Of a stretch of 64,000 bases of DNA, positions 24,950-38,650 are shown piece after piece. Each line of letters begins with the position of its first letter. Within the stretch, counting starts at the first letter, position 1. Where the stretch lies: assembly GCA_013265495.1 (NCBI GenBank), contig MU057999.1, forward strand, positions 744,001-808,000, in the 5' to 3' direction. Source of the stretch: Vicugna vicugna. Taxonomy: Eukaryota. A program made the position numbers and the translations under genes. The notes under the pieces were generated by a model, which was not told where the DNA came from, searched no databases, and saw only the letters and a program-made list of their open reading frames with translations.

Positions 24950-25171
24950 ACCCTAACTTATTTTTTAGAATTTGCCGTGGGGGTCACCTGCTCCTGGAAG
25001 CCTTTCTCCCAGCCCCATGCTGGATTCTGTGGCCTGCTGGTCCCCACCACAGCCACCTCTGCCGCCCACTGGTCTGTGGTGGTGTGTTGACTTCTCTGGG
25101 TACCTCACAGCTCTGTGAGCCCCTGAATGGTGGGGCTCTGCCTTGATTGTCTTTGTATCCCCTGCACGTGG
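24950..25171 (+). repeat. Local direct duplication, copy 2
   Basis: Same sequence as 23345-23584 with scattered substitutions and a ~19-nt shorter middle. Confidence 0.92.
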
Positions 25172-25261
25172 TATGTAGGTAGTGGCCAAAGTGTGTTGTA
25201 CTGATGAACACAAAGAAAGAAAAGATCGACAGAACACATAAAAGCCTGAAATCATGTCCTC

Positions 25262-25793
25262 TGTGGTAGTTTAAAGCAGGCCTGTAAAGGTTTCGACACT
25301 CTTTTCATCAGAATATGAAACCTAATTCTCCAGTTAAATATGTGTTGGCCTTCTGACTCACTCTAATGGATAGAATCTGGAAGAAGTGATCTTGCAAAAA
25401 CTTTGGAGGTGAGATCAGAGAAGACACTATAGCTTCTGGCTAGTTCGCTCTCTCTCTCTCTCACCAGGGATGCTTGCCCTTGTGACCCAGCCACCATGTT
25501 GTGTGGAAGCCCAAGCAACTCAGAGAGACCCCGTGTGGATGTTCTAGCCAGAGCCCGAGCTCAGATCCCAGCCCCCTGCCAGCCTCCCATGCCAGACATC
25601 CGAATGAGTGCGTCTTCGGTTGGTTGCAGCCCCTTCTTTCCAGCCATCCCTGCTGAGTCTAAGTGAGAAGAGACAGACTTTCCTCCCCGAGCCCTGTCCA
25701 AATTATAGATCTGTGAACAAAATAAACATTGTCAGAGTTGAAAATGACTAGGGTTTGGATTGGTGTATTGTGCAGGAATTGATAACCCAGATA
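25262..25793 (+). mobile_element. MaLR solo LTR (MLT1F/G-like)
   Basis: tgtggtag start, gacccagccaccatgttgtgtggaagcccaagc, gagccctgtccaaattatagatctgtgaacaaaataaa, and a gataacc-type end. Confidence 0.75.
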
Positions 25794-25879
25794 ACCTGGG
25801 AGAAGTATAGAAGACAAATGGTGCAGAAAAGACTAGAGAGGACTTCGGGGGAAGCTGGGGAGTGGGGGAAGAGACGGTA

Positions 25880-26100
25880 TCTCATTCATTCAACATCAAA
25901 CAGATATTTGTTAACTTCCTACTGTGTGCCAGGCAGTATGTGCAAAACAGAGTGAAGGAAGGGGAACCCAGCCCTTGGGAGCATCCTAGTGGTGGGATAG
26001 TCACTGAGCAGACAAACAACGTAGACTATAATTCCAGGAAAGTACTGTGAAGGGAGTAAGTAAGCAGGGTGATGATTGAGAGTGATGGGTGCAGGCTTGG
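25880..26100 (-). mobile_element. L2 3' fragment
   Basis: cattcattcaaca...atatttgttaacttcctactgtgtgccaggca. Confidence 0.6.
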
Positions 26101-29100
26101 GCAACTGAAAACGAGGGGAGAGAGTGGGGAAGGAAGGTCTCTATGAATACGAGAAGGGTGGTCTTGCCAAGCAGGCTTAGCTTTGCTGTGTGTGAGAGAT
26201 GGATTTTGGCTTGATTATGAAATTGTTTCCAGCCAAGCTGAACCAAGCTGGAGCAGGCTGCCTCGAGGGAGGATGCAGCCCCCTCCTGGGGTGTCCGAGG
26301 AGGGCTGAGCTGCACCCAGTCTTGAGAGCCCAAATTCTACAAGATGCAAATGGGGAGTGGGGGCTGAGAGACAGAACTGACGGCTTGGCTTGGGAGCCAT
26401 CAGGGTCATGAATATTCTTACAGAACACATTTATTGGGCGTCTACAAGAGAAACACTGTGCTTGAGAGGAGAACATGAAGGTCAAGAAGACACTGCTTTT
26501 CCTTCAGAAGCTCACTGATTAACAGACTGGTGGGGGAGACAGAGCCATGCAAATTACAAGCTGTAGCAGGAGTATGATGGAGTCTGCTAGATGTGGTAAC
26601 ACGGTTACATGTAGCGACGAGGAGAAACCAAATGAGAGCGTCATACTTCCAGTGGGAAGGATTTGAGGCAGGAATGTGTGTGCATGTGTAAGAGAGAGAG
26701 AGACAGGGACAGATGAAGGGTGAGCTCCTTGGAGGTTGGGTAGCAATTTGTCAGATAGAGGTAGGGGCGGGTAGGGGTGGGGATCCAAGACCCGTGGTCA
26801 TTCCGACTCTCCACCTCATGAAGGTGGACTTCTAGCTCTCTCCATCGCGGGCTTTACCTCTTTTATTAGCCATATCTTTGGTTGTAGAAACATGTTCAGC
26901 TCAAGCTGGAGGAAAGGAAGGCAAAGGGTAAGGAGTGATTACTGGCACTTGTTATTACTGGACAGTTTGAGACTTAGGTTGTGATGGTATCTGGGGTCAT
27001 GATGCTGTCTTAGGGCTCAGCCCCCCTTTTTTTCATTCCTTAGCTTTGTGTCTGTGTCAGGCAAGGTCTGGGCAGAAAACGGTTGGCATTCTCAAAGGGC
27101 TAGCTGACGAGAGTGTAGTGAAGATACTCTTTAGGGAAGGTGTGAACAGGGTTCAGGGGACAGTAAGGGTGGGATGCACTCAGGGACTGGCGAGAGTGGG
27201 GAGCCATGGCTCCCCGGGGCCAGAAGGGGTGAGAGGAGGGGATGATGGCATCCGGACCTGGCAAGAGCTGTAGCACGGGGGAGGCTCTCTGGCCGGAGCT
27301 GTACACGTGAATAGAGGGACGTGGCCTCTGTCCAAGCCATGCAGGGGGCGGGGCATCGTATTCCCCAAATTCTTTCTCCTCCACTTTCTCATCTCCTGCC
27401 AGCATCTCCCATTGGATGAACTCAACAGGAAGGCAGGGGGCATGGAAGCCTGGTTCGTGGAAGCCAGTCTCCCGGCTCAGAAAAGGGCAAAGAAGGGTGG
27501 AGAATGGACCTGGAGGGGGCAGTGGGGAACAGCCAGCACAGCCGTTTACGCTGACTTCATCCTCCAGCAGGCTCTCCCAGCAGGTGGTCATGTGGCCGCT
27601 GACAGCTCAGATTCACATCCTCTTGAAACCTCAGCAGAAAGTGAAATTCTCACACTCAGTAGCTCTAGCAAAAAGCCCTGGAAGTTTTGTCTCCTTGGCT
27701 CCATCGAGTCTCAAGCCTCTCCATGAACTAGGCTCTCTCACTGGGAAGTTGAAATGCTCTCATGGGCCAGGCTTGGGGCACATGGCCACCCATCCTTGGA
27801 GCTGGGGGGAGATGGTTAGGCCAGACTTGTCTGAGCCAGCAGGCCTGAGATAGGGGAAGGCTGGCTCCCCAGAGAAATGTCAGGGTGCTGGGCAGGGATG
27901 CAGTCTGCCTCACACATTCAGCCTGCTTGCATCACTGGACCATAATGGAAAGCTCGTGTGCAAGAGAGGAAAGAACATGGACTCTGAGGGCAGAAAGAGG
28001 AGGCTGTGGTTGTGATGGTCCTGGAGGAGGATGTGAGAAAAATTGGGGAAACTGAAGGTGAAGGAAAAGTGAAAACCCAGGAGAGGGGACCCAGAGGTGC
28101 CTGGGCAAACGGCTTCCTTCTCAGTGAGGTTGTTGTCTGCATTCCTGAGCATTGTGATCAGACTCCAAATGATGAAAAGGCAGAGAGCAGGGAAGTTTCG
28201 CTAAAGGCAAAGTGATTTTACAACTAGGCTATCTCAACTAGACGCTGAAAAGAGAGGGTTCTTATTTGGGATGAGATGAAAAAACAGTGCTTCTCACTGT
28301 AACGCTCTGGCTTCCAGCATGCAGCCCACAACATCTTAACCTAACCATTGCCTTAGAATTGGGTGCTCGTTGGAGAGCAAGAATGAAAGAAAGCAAACTC
28401 AGAGGTACAACGAGAAGGCTCATTCTTCCTCTTTGCCCCCCAGTTGTCAGCCATGGCTTGTCTCACCAGGAGTATCCATTTTGTGTCAGTAGAATATTTA
28501 GTCACAGTTTTCCGGGTACTTTTGGTCTAGGTTTTGAGATGTGTATAAAGATGGCAGGCCTTCAAAGTCCTTTGCAGACTTCCCTTTTCAAACCTTAGAT
28601 GTCTCTTTCTCTTTTGAGAGAGGCATCTGAAATCTGCTTAGAGTTCATCAGAGGAAGACTCCATTTGCCCTTCCAAGTTCCCTGCTCTTGGCTCCAACTT
28701 TACTCCCAGCCAAGCAGAAAAAGAACAGGTTTTTTTCTTTTTTCTTTCTTTCTTTTTTTTTTTTTTTTTTATAAATTATACCAGCACAATGCTGTGCTCT
28801 GCATGAAAACCCATGGTTTTCTTTTTCCAATCAGAAGAAAGTAATTTTCCTTTCACTCACCTGACTAACTTGTTCAAAGCATCCCCTCCCCACCCTTTTC
28901 TGATATCTTGCTGCTAAGTATTTGCCAATTCATTTGCATCTGAATGGTTCCTTAGCAACTATCATACCCTCCGGATTAGGTACAAAGCTGCTCTCTGACA
29001 CAGACTGCCAGGGCTACATCGCCCTCTTTTATGGTACCTGAGTTACCAAACCTTGCCCTGCCCAGACAGGAAGCACAGTCACTCACAGCATCACACAGGT

Positions 29101-31149
29101 TCTGAATTACAATGCAATTCCTCCTTACCCGATTTGAGCATGCAGACTTCTAAGACCCTTGTGCTTGAAATGCTCCCAGTTGGTTCCTGAAAACTGCCCT
29201 GTGATATATATCTTCAGGAAGAGAATCACAGATAGCAGCATTGGGGGAGAGTCCCATCTTCACAGACAGGCAGTGAATCAGATCCATTTTGCAGATGTGG
29301 CAGCTGAGGCTGAGAGGTGAGATGACTCCCCCAAAGTGGGGCAGGAGCTCAGGGCACTGCTGCTTCCTCGTCCTTGGTTCTTGTCCCACCCATGTGCTGC
29401 ACCCTGACACACCCTGTGACTGCACCCTGTGACTCCTGTTTGCCAACTATTGTGAACTTTCAGGACAGATTTAAAGTAAGATTTGTTCTTTTAAGCATAG
29501 ACATGCGACTCTTCTTCTGAGGTCCTGGGGGATTTCACTTCTCACCTAACCAGGGAGTAATTGCCCGAATAAATACAGCAAACATGTACATCAGCTGTTT
29601 CTCTGGTCTTGGCGGTTGGGACTCTTTCCATTCCTGCGCTTGTAGCGGTGGGTAGCACTGGGCGGAGGAGGGGAAACCCCGGGGGGGGGTGGCGTGTGTG
29701 TTTATGCAGATGATGCTGACAGTGGCCCGGGACTGTGGAGCAAATTAGAATCTTCCACCCCGAGCTCTACAAAAGCAGCACCAGTCCCCCAATACCGGGG
29801 CTCCCTGGCACGGAACAGCTGGCAGATGGAAGATGCTATTCAGGAAAGGACAATAAGAACAAAGCTTGTTCTCCAATAAGGCTGACCTCTGCGACTCCCA
29901 CTTCACGTTGTTATTAAATATGTGGAAAAGACTGGAAGAACAATTACAGTATTGTCATCACGTATGAATTCACAACGCAAGCCTTGCCCAGGGAGGCTCT
30001 GTCTCAGCTGAGCTCAGCAAAGCAGGGGACTCGGCTACTGTGCTTAATGCTTCTCATCAGGAGGTTGCCTTCATTACTTAACGCCCGCCGGAAACCACCG
30101 ACCTGTTGCGTGCAGTTCTGCCATCAGGGGCTCCGGAAGCAAAGATGTCAAGAAGAAAGGGATGGAAGTCCTCGGATTTGTAATTGTCTCCCTGTAGACC
30201 TCAGTGTGAGTCCAGTTGTAGCCGTCTTAATGGCCTGGGCTTAGCTGCACGGTGGTGAGAGTTTGCTGAGTTGAGCTGGTTTGAAGGCTTTCAGAGGATG
30301 GAGCGTGAGCGACTGGAGTCCCATGACAGCGTGTCATGTAAAGAAGGATCACAGGAGTTCATGTGGCCACTTCGTCCGTGAGGCATCCTCCCAGCTCACA
30401 GTGCTACCTAATGGTGCCAAAGATGGTGTCCCAGAGCGTAGGGAAACCCATCAGGTGGGAGTTACACGCTTGGATGCAGGCTGGCTCTGTGGTGTCATGG
30501 CTCTCTGTCACAGAGTCCTGCGTCTGCACCAGTGTTCCCAACATTATTCTCATTGTCCAACCCTCCCCCATCCCCTGCCCCACAGGAGCCTTTGTAGACA
30601 TTTTTTTCCTGACCACTCCTACCATCCCCTGTGAAATGTTAATACCGCAGATGTACTATACCTCTCTTTATGTACTGAGGCTCTTGGAGGGGCCACAAAC
30701 TATCATGATAGCTAAGATTTTTCACAGTCCTCCCCTCTTCCCCCAAGAATCATTTGCGTCCTTGTTCAGAAAGCACAATCTCAACGGCATGACCCTGGCA
30801 GCAAATTAGCCAACCCTCAGCTGAGTTAGAGCACAGCTTGGCACCATCTGTTTCTCCACTCAACTTTTACCAGGAGTGGCACTGGCCAGTTGAGAAGATG
30901 TCCACCTCAGCTGGTCCAGGAGGGCCCCTGCTGGCTGGGATTAGCCTTTAGTTGCTGGGTTCCGGGGTGGTCTTGGGGGTCGAGTTCAGGCATGAGGCAT
31001 AAGGCTAACCAGAATCAGGCAGTGGTGATTCACCAGTAAGTGCGGAAAGATTTCTGTATTTTGACAAGCATGACTGTGCTAGCCCATACTTAACTGAATT
31101 CACCAGATTTGAAAGTAGCTCCTGGAATCTCAGTCCATTTCTTAACATA

Positions 31150-31985
31150 AATAAGCTTGCTTGAGGTGTAGTGCACATACAGTAATATTCACTGATTTTA
31201 AGTGTACAATTCCGTGAGATTTGACAAATGAATATGGGTGCGTGGCCATCGTACAAACATGACATAGAACATTTTCATCACTCTCGTCCCTTCTCTGTCA
31301 TCCCCTTCCTTTATCCCTCTTCCCTTGCCCTCTGACAACCACTGATCTGATTTCCGGCTCTACAGGTCTGCCTTTTCTAGAATTTCATACAAATGAAATT
31401 GTAGAGTGTGCAGTCTTTTTCTGCTTGGCTCATTTCACTCAGCTAATACATTTCAGATGCATCTTCTCCCGTGTCTGTGGTTCCTTCCTTTTTATTGCTG
31501 AGAAGTGTTCCATCTCATTGATACCCATGCTTGCTTTATCCTTTCAACAACGAGTGGCCGTTTCCTTCTAATTTCTAGTTTTTGGCTTTTATCAATAACG
31601 TGAATGTTTGAGTACATGTCTTTGTGAAGACACAAAATGAGAAATGGGTTTTCATTTCTCCTGGGTGAACACCTGAGAGCTGAATTGCTGAATAATACAG
31701 TAACCGTGACTTTATTTTTATGCGAGACTGACAGTTTGGTTTTCAGGCATTTCGCGTTCCCGTCAGCAGTGTGGGAGTCCCCGTTGCTCCACATCCTCGC
31801 CAGCAGTTGTTAGTGTCAGTCTTTGGAATGTTAACCCTTCTGGGGGGTACGTGGCGGCATCCCATGGTTTCATTTGTACTTTTCGATAGCCAATGATGTC
31901 CTTGTCATGTGCTTCTTAGCCATTTGTGCACATTCTTTGATGAAAGGAATGTTCAGCTTCTTTGTCCATTTTTTGGTGGTTAAGT
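31150..31985 (-). mobile_element. L1 3' fragment (L1MB-like)
   Basis: Reverse L1 3'UTR/ORF2 end: ttttaagtgtacaattc, acaaccactgatctg, ttttattgctgagaagtgttccat, cagcagtgtgggagtccccgttgctccacatcctcgccagca. Confidence 0.85.
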
Positions 31986-34064
31986 TGTCTGTTTTGGGTC
32001 CATTCTCACTGGTATGGTTGTTTGACGATGACAGAGGAACCTCACCCCTACTATGGCTGGACTGTGGGGTTGCCGTGTTGTGCTGAGAAGACCATAGGTT
32101 GACACCTGCTGGGTCTCATTCCTGGAGGTGGGATAGGGGTGGGCCATGACCATCTCAACAAGTGGTTGTCAGTTATCAGGGAAGCAGTGCATCCCCAGAC
32201 CAGAGCCAGGACCTTGGACGGTGGGCTCTTGCTGTGGGACAGTGTGAGCCTCTGCTGCGGCCCATAACTCAGGTGGTCCAGGACTGTGTTACCCTGTGTT
32301 TATTTCCCACGTGTCACTCCTCAATTCCAAGCTTGTCTCCACCACATTCCTGGGTATAAAGGGTGGGGCGGGGGGTGGACCTGGGCACTGCCCCAACCCG
32401 GAGTTGCAGGAAGAGCTGGGCCTCCATGCTGGTGGCAGCAGAATCAGGCAGACATCCCTTTGGATCCTTCTTCTCTGGTGGCGGGGGTGGGGGCTGTCTT
32501 CTGACAGGGGTCTTTTGGTTTGGCATTTTCTTTTTAAGGAGAAAAGTGTGGTTCATCTTCACAGGATGCCCCATGAAGGCTAGTCACCCAGCCAGCTCGA
32601 GAGGACACCCAGGGAGCTCGTTACCTTTCTCCTGGCCACACTCAGTCCTGAGAGACTTCCCAGCCCTTCCAGTTGGTGCTGCATCCAAGCCGTGGAGAAT
32701 GACTTTGGCTCAGTTCTGAACTTAGATGACAAATGCAGGATTCCATAGACTTCTCAGTCTCCTTCAGCCGCATTTGCTGTTATTTGCATGATGATGATCA
32801 GTGATCACTGTAATCGGTGGGGAGGTGACACATGACGAGGATGTGGAAGCCTGCCGTGTGTCATCAAAAATCGATGTGCTCAGCTGGGCCCCAACGCACA
32901 TCTCACAAGCACCTCTAGTGCCTTCCAGCAAAGGTGCTGCTGACACTGTGTCACTTCTGGCTCTGGGCAGGGCAGGCAGCCCCGCTACCTGAGGGCCCCC
33001 TGGGATTTCCACCCCAGGACCTGGCCCAGAAGAGGCACTTGGGAAATGATTGATAGTTGGATGGATGGATGGCCTGGGTCCCTATCACACTGCACACTGT
33101 CACTCAGGGAGAGATGCTGGAGCCACCATGGCATAAAACCAGGGACTCATATCAAACAAAGCGACAGCAGCATAGGAAACCTAGATCTCATTGTGAAGAC
33201 AAGACTGCCACACCTGGAGCTGGGTAGAGAGACCTGAATTAATGGTTCAGGGTTCATATTCAGGAACTGATTGGATAATTGCTTCTGAAAAGGAGCCACC
33301 CTTGAAAGGATCTATTTTAAGGGAAGCTCAGGGATAAACTGCAGCTTGAACGTGTGGAGATGGAGAGTGGTGGGGTGCTATCACAGGAGAAGTAGCAGAA
33401 GCTGACGCATGGCAGTGGAAAAGGAAGGGCAAGTGCATGGAACAGCAGTTACGGTCAAGTGAGTGCTCAGTGGCACAGCCAGGTCGGTGCAGTAGGTCGT
33501 CAGAGAGCGGAGAGATTGGAGTGTCTAGGATAACCAGGATGGCTTCCTGAAGGAGGGGGTACCTCCTGAAGGAAATAGAGGGTTCTTACTGGTAGGAGAG
33601 GCAGAACATCCACTTCCCTTCCAGGCAGGCTTCCCAGCCCTGGGCCTGTTTCTGTGAACTGTACCCCTCTGTCTCGAATCTCCTGGCTCCGGAAAGCCCA
33701 GGAAAGACTTTTCTTTCCTGTGAGGAAAGACTCAGCATCACTGTGGCTTCCTGAGTCCCAGGGCCCAGCTGCCACTGCCGACAAAAGGTCACCTGGAGGA
33801 AAGCAAGATGCTTTTTGCGATGGTCTGGACCAGCTTTCACAGCTGTCTTCTGTGGTATTAACACTCGGGGTGTGGTCTGTGAACCGGGGTGTGGGCAGGT
33901 AAGCCTGTTTGCCGCTTGGAAATGCAGAATCTCAGGCCTTACGTCCCCCTGATTGAATTCATCCCTGCCTTGACCGGGAGTCCCAGGCTCTAAAACTTTT
34001 GCATGAGGGGAGTGGCCTCTTTAAGCAATTTAACAAACCTTTTGTTGATTTTTTTTTAAAGGAA

Positions 34065-34485
34065 TAGCTCCAGATTAAAGAAGACTAAAGAAAGATGACA
34101 AATAAATATAACACATGATCTTTTATTGATCTTGTATTGAAAAAAAAATTGTTTTAAAGGACAGTATTTGGACAATTGACAACGAACTCCCTAAATTAAG
34201 GAAAGAGGGGTCTCATTAGATAAAAGTATTATAAAAATGTTAAAATTTCCAAATTTAACAATTGGATTGTCATCAAATAAGATAATATCCTTTAAAATAT
34301 ATATATATATATAGTCTATTAGAATACAATATATTATATTCTAATAGACTATAAAATACACATGTAGGAAGAGAACAAAAAAGTAAACGTCAAAATATGT
34401 TGAAAATTGGTGACTCTGGGTAAGGGTATATGGGGCTTCTCTTGTTCTGTTCATGCAACTTCCCTGTATGATTGCTACAATTTTT
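34065..34485 (+). mobile_element. L1MC-like 3' end
   Basis: ccagattaaagaagactaaag...; ggtgactctgggtaagggtatatggggc...ttcatgcaactt. Confidence 0.6.
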
Positions 34486-34534
34486 TTAATTTAATTTGGG
34501 GGGATTTTATTTTTTTCTATTCTATTAAAAGTTT

Positions 34535-34970
34535 TAAAAAAATTGAAGTATAGTCGATTTACAATGTTGTGTGAATTTCTGGTGCACAGCATAGTGATTC
34601 AGTTATACATGTATATATATTCCTTTTCATAGTCTTTTTCATTATAGGCTACTGCAAGGTATTGAATATAGTTCCCTGCGCTGTACAGTAGGACCTTGTT
34701 TATTTTATACATAGTAGTATCTACAAATCCTCAGCTCCCAGTTTATCCCTTCCCACCTGCTCCCCCCGCCCCCGTAACCACGGGTTTGTTTTCTATGTCT
34801 GTGAATCTGTGTCTGTTTTGTAAATAAGTTCATTTGTGTCCCTTTTTTTTTCCTTTTTAGATTCCACATATAAGTGATATCATACAGTATTTTTCTGTCT
34901 CTTTCTGGCTTACTTCATTTAAAATGGCAATTGCCAAGTCCATCCCTACTGCTGCAAATGGCATTATTTT
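34535..34970 (-). mobile_element. Cetartiodactyl-type L1 3' end
   Basis: attgaagtatagtcgatttacaatgttgtg, attgaatatagttccctgcgctgtacagtaggacc, tagattccacatataagtgatatcatac. Confidence 0.88.
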
Positions 34971-37584
34971 AGGTTATTTAAAAACATGTGTCTTGTTTAA
35001 AAGTTTGATGGATGTTGCAAGTTACCCCTCTGAAAAGGCTGAACCAATTTGTATTCTCACAGCGCCGCAAGAGGGTTGGTGCAGCTGTTAGATGTAGCTA
35101 TTTTTATTCAGCCATTTTTATGCCAGGGACTTTTTCTGATGGGGTCATATATCAATTTTGACCTGGGGACATTTTGTTTTTTCCCAATTTAATATGAATA
35201 TTTCTGAAAATAAAGAAAAATCATAGTGCAGCAAACATCCACAGATGATCACTTAGATTCAACAATTGTTAATATCTTACCGTATTTATTTATGTGTACA
35301 TATTTGGGGGGGGCGTGGTTGGGAATTGAAACTTAGCAAAATTTGGTAACAGCCAGAGGTAAGTGATGGAGCCAGCGACCACATCCTCTGTACCTGGTCC
35401 TTTATCTCGTCTCCCAGATTTTCCTGAATTGCTTCCTGTACAGATAGAATTCTTATTTTTTCTGAAGCACTTTTGTAGACCGTTAGTCAGACAAGCCTGA
35501 ATTGCAATTCCATTTCTGACCTTGGCTTACGTAACCCCTCTGTGCCTCAGTTTATTCGTCTGATAAGTGGGGGTGGTAGTCCTTACCTCTTAAGATGGTA
35601 GTGAAAGGTAAATGGGATAATCTGCTTAGCCATTATTCTTATTTCTCCTGAATGTCTCTTTTCATTTAGCACCGACCTGCAGGCCACCTCCTCCAGGAAG
35701 ACTGATCTCTAAGTCTTTCCCCTGCCTACCAATACCTTGTGTGGACCATATATTGCTGGTGTGTGGTTCCGTCCTGTCTGCTCCAATAGCCTCTGAAAAG
35801 TTGATACTCAGGCAGGTGTGCTGGGGTGAGGTTCAGCAGCCTGACGTCACACAGTGTGACCAGGGACCCCAGCCTCGGGCAGCAGGGCCTCCCACATCAC
35901 TGACCCCCAGAGGAGCAGGTCAAGATAAAGTCCCAGCAGCCCCAGCAGAGTAAGGAGAGGGCCTGTGGCCCCCTGCTCCCTTTCCCACCCCGTCTCCAGG
36001 ACTTCTTCTCATTAGACCAGGATTTCAGTTTGCAGGGACAGGGAAGCACCGCGCTGGGGCTAGGGTGAGAGGAGAATTTAAGGGGGTACCAAACCCTCAG
36101 CAACCAGATAAATATTTTAAGGCTATGTCTTCAAAAACCAAATCTTCAAATTTTGGTCTGTGAGCTGGCTGCCTGTTTTTGTTAATGAAAAATAAAGTTT
36201 TAGAGCCTCAGCTCACACACACCTCGTCTCTGTGGCCCCAGGAACTGGGGGCACTGGGGAGTGCTCTCCTGGCCTTGCTGTGCTCAGGGGGAATACCCAT
36301 CAGGCTACTCGAGAGTCTGCACAGCTCTCATCCCTTAAAGGGCCACACTGATGTTCTTTGCACCTGTGTCCCCAGGCCCATGGCCAGCGCAGCTCGTGGC
36401 TCGGCTGGAGAAACACTGATGGCTGGAGGCGGAGGGTATGGTAGGATCACATGGTGCTGGGTGGCACCTGTTTCTCTGTCACACTGGATGGGCCCATGTG
36501 GGGGCCCTCTGTGGCCTTAAACTGAAGGCATGCCTCCCCAGCAGAGATGTGATGCTGGAGTCAGAGGACTGGCTGCTGTGGTCTTGGAAAGCCACCTCAT
36601 TATTCCCTGTCTAACCAGGGTGTTGGGGTCCAGCTTCCTCCCCTCTGGGGTCTCCAGTGAGGGGCTGTTGAGCTGTGTGTGAGATGCCCTGTCCCAGAAC
36701 TGGCCTGTGCGCTGGAAATGCAAGCTGCCTCTGCTATTACAGTGGAAGCAGTTGGTTCTGGTGACAGGGTCAGCTCCTTGGCCCAGCGGGCCCAGCGGTC
36801 ATCCCCACGATGAAGGATCCAGGCCGACAACCCAGTCCAGGGCTGGAGGACGCGGTGACAGACAAGGGTCTCTCCTCATCTAGCCAGGTTCACAGACATC
36901 TCTCGAGGCCCTAGACCTGAGCTCCCACTCACCCACTCTTCAAACAGGTGGCTCCCCAAGTGTCCCTTTCCAGCCCCCTTCCTGAGCTTGTGGGGCTGGG
37001 TCTCCGCCTTGCACCCACACTGTGCCTCCCACAGGCTGCTCGGATGCTTCTTGTGGGCGAGGTGGCTACCCTACAGATTTCTGCAGCCCTGCTCCGCTCC
37101 TCCTTGCCCTGCTGGGGGCTTCCCTGTGATGGGCGTCCAAGAGCACTGCTGTCTCCTTCCCTAGCCCATCCCTGCCTCCCCCACCTCCTGCTCTGAGCCT
37201 GGCCAGGGTGGTCCCAGCTCAGAGGACAGATGGACACCCCTGGTGCCCATTTCTGATTTGGCCAGAGTCAGCTAATTGCTGTAAGAACTGATTCCAAGTC
37301 TGTTACTCACAAGATACTGGTTGAGTTCTGTCTCACGTCGCAGTCCACTGAGACCAGTGGCGGGGACCCACACTGATAGAGGAGACCCACTGCCCTCATC
37401 TGTCTCAGCCTGGAGATGACACATCACTTCCTCTCCTCTCCTGGTCCCAACTGGACACGAGCTGGGAAGTGGAGTGAGCTTCCGTCTGGGAAGAGGACAC
37501 AGGTTTAGAGAGCAGGTGGCAGTGTCCCTGCTGTGACACCACGGCCTCTGCGCAGTCCAGGCACGGGGCAGGTGGCTCAGAACA

Positions 37585-37652
37585 TCCCTTCCTCCCTTCC
37601 TCTCTTCATCCTTCCTCACCCCTTCCTTCCCTTCCCTTCCCTCCCTCCTTCC
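37585..37652 (+). repeat. Polypyrimidine (CCTT/CCCT)n low-complexity tract
   Basis: cccttcctcccttcctctcttcatccttcctcaccccttccttcccttcccttccctccctccttccc. Confidence 0.8.
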
Positions 37653-38650
37653 CGCATTTACACCAGAAACTGGCCTTTATGCAGTGGAGGAAGAGATGCT
37701 TAGGGGCAACTTCTCAGATCCCGGAGACTGGACCCTGATCGAAGGCAGAAAATTACCCAGATTGCTCCACAGGGAGACAAGAGACCAGGGCCTGAGTACT
37801 TCTTCAGCAGCAGGTTCTTGGTAGTTGCTTTGTATTTATTTACGTTTGTCTGGCCGCCTGCAGTGCACCCCCCATGCCGGCTGCCTCCTCTCCTCCAGAG
37901 GCTCCCCACGCTCCCGCCTCCGAACGTTCACACCGGCTGTTCCCGCTGCTGGAAAAAGGAGCAAAAATCAGATGAGCTGAAAGAGGGGACTGATTTTGCA
38001 TGTGGAGAAAAGGGTTAGAATGGAGAATGTATGGAAATTAAAAGTAAGAATAAAATGGTAAAACCAGGGAACTGGTTGATGGCTTGAAAGAGTTAGTGAA
38101 AAACGAAAGAGGTTCAAGTAAAGATTAAAGACAGGGATAAAAATGATGGTGAAAAAAAGGGGGCAGAACCCTAATGGGCAAGACAAGATGTGAAATCCCC
38201 AAACCTAAAATACTGGAAGGCTAGATGGTATACCACTGAATTCAGGAGACTGAATTCAGAAGAAAACATGTTCTCAAACCGTAAGCATTGAGGGCACAGC
38301 CTGGCTCTGTGCCTGTTTCAGGTGGATGCCTGTGCCCCCTTCTCTCTCTCAGGATTCTCAGGAGTGAGAAGTTCTAATGTAAACAAAAACAATGCTTCTC
38401 TTTAGCAGAAAGAGGTTGAGGTGGGGAGCGTGGAGCTGGGAGCCTGGGGCAGCTCGCGTTGTCTGTCCTGCCCCTGGGGTCCTAGTGAGTGTCCCTTTTT
38501 GCCCTGTATTTGGGACAGCTGGAGGCAAGGAGGTTGGGTGGTCAGAATTGGAGGCCACATCTTAAGAGCACAATGGCTCCTTCTGGGCAGCATCTCCAGG
38601 AAAACATTGGTTAAAGGGAAGGGGAAAGACAGTGTTCAAATGGGGCAAGT

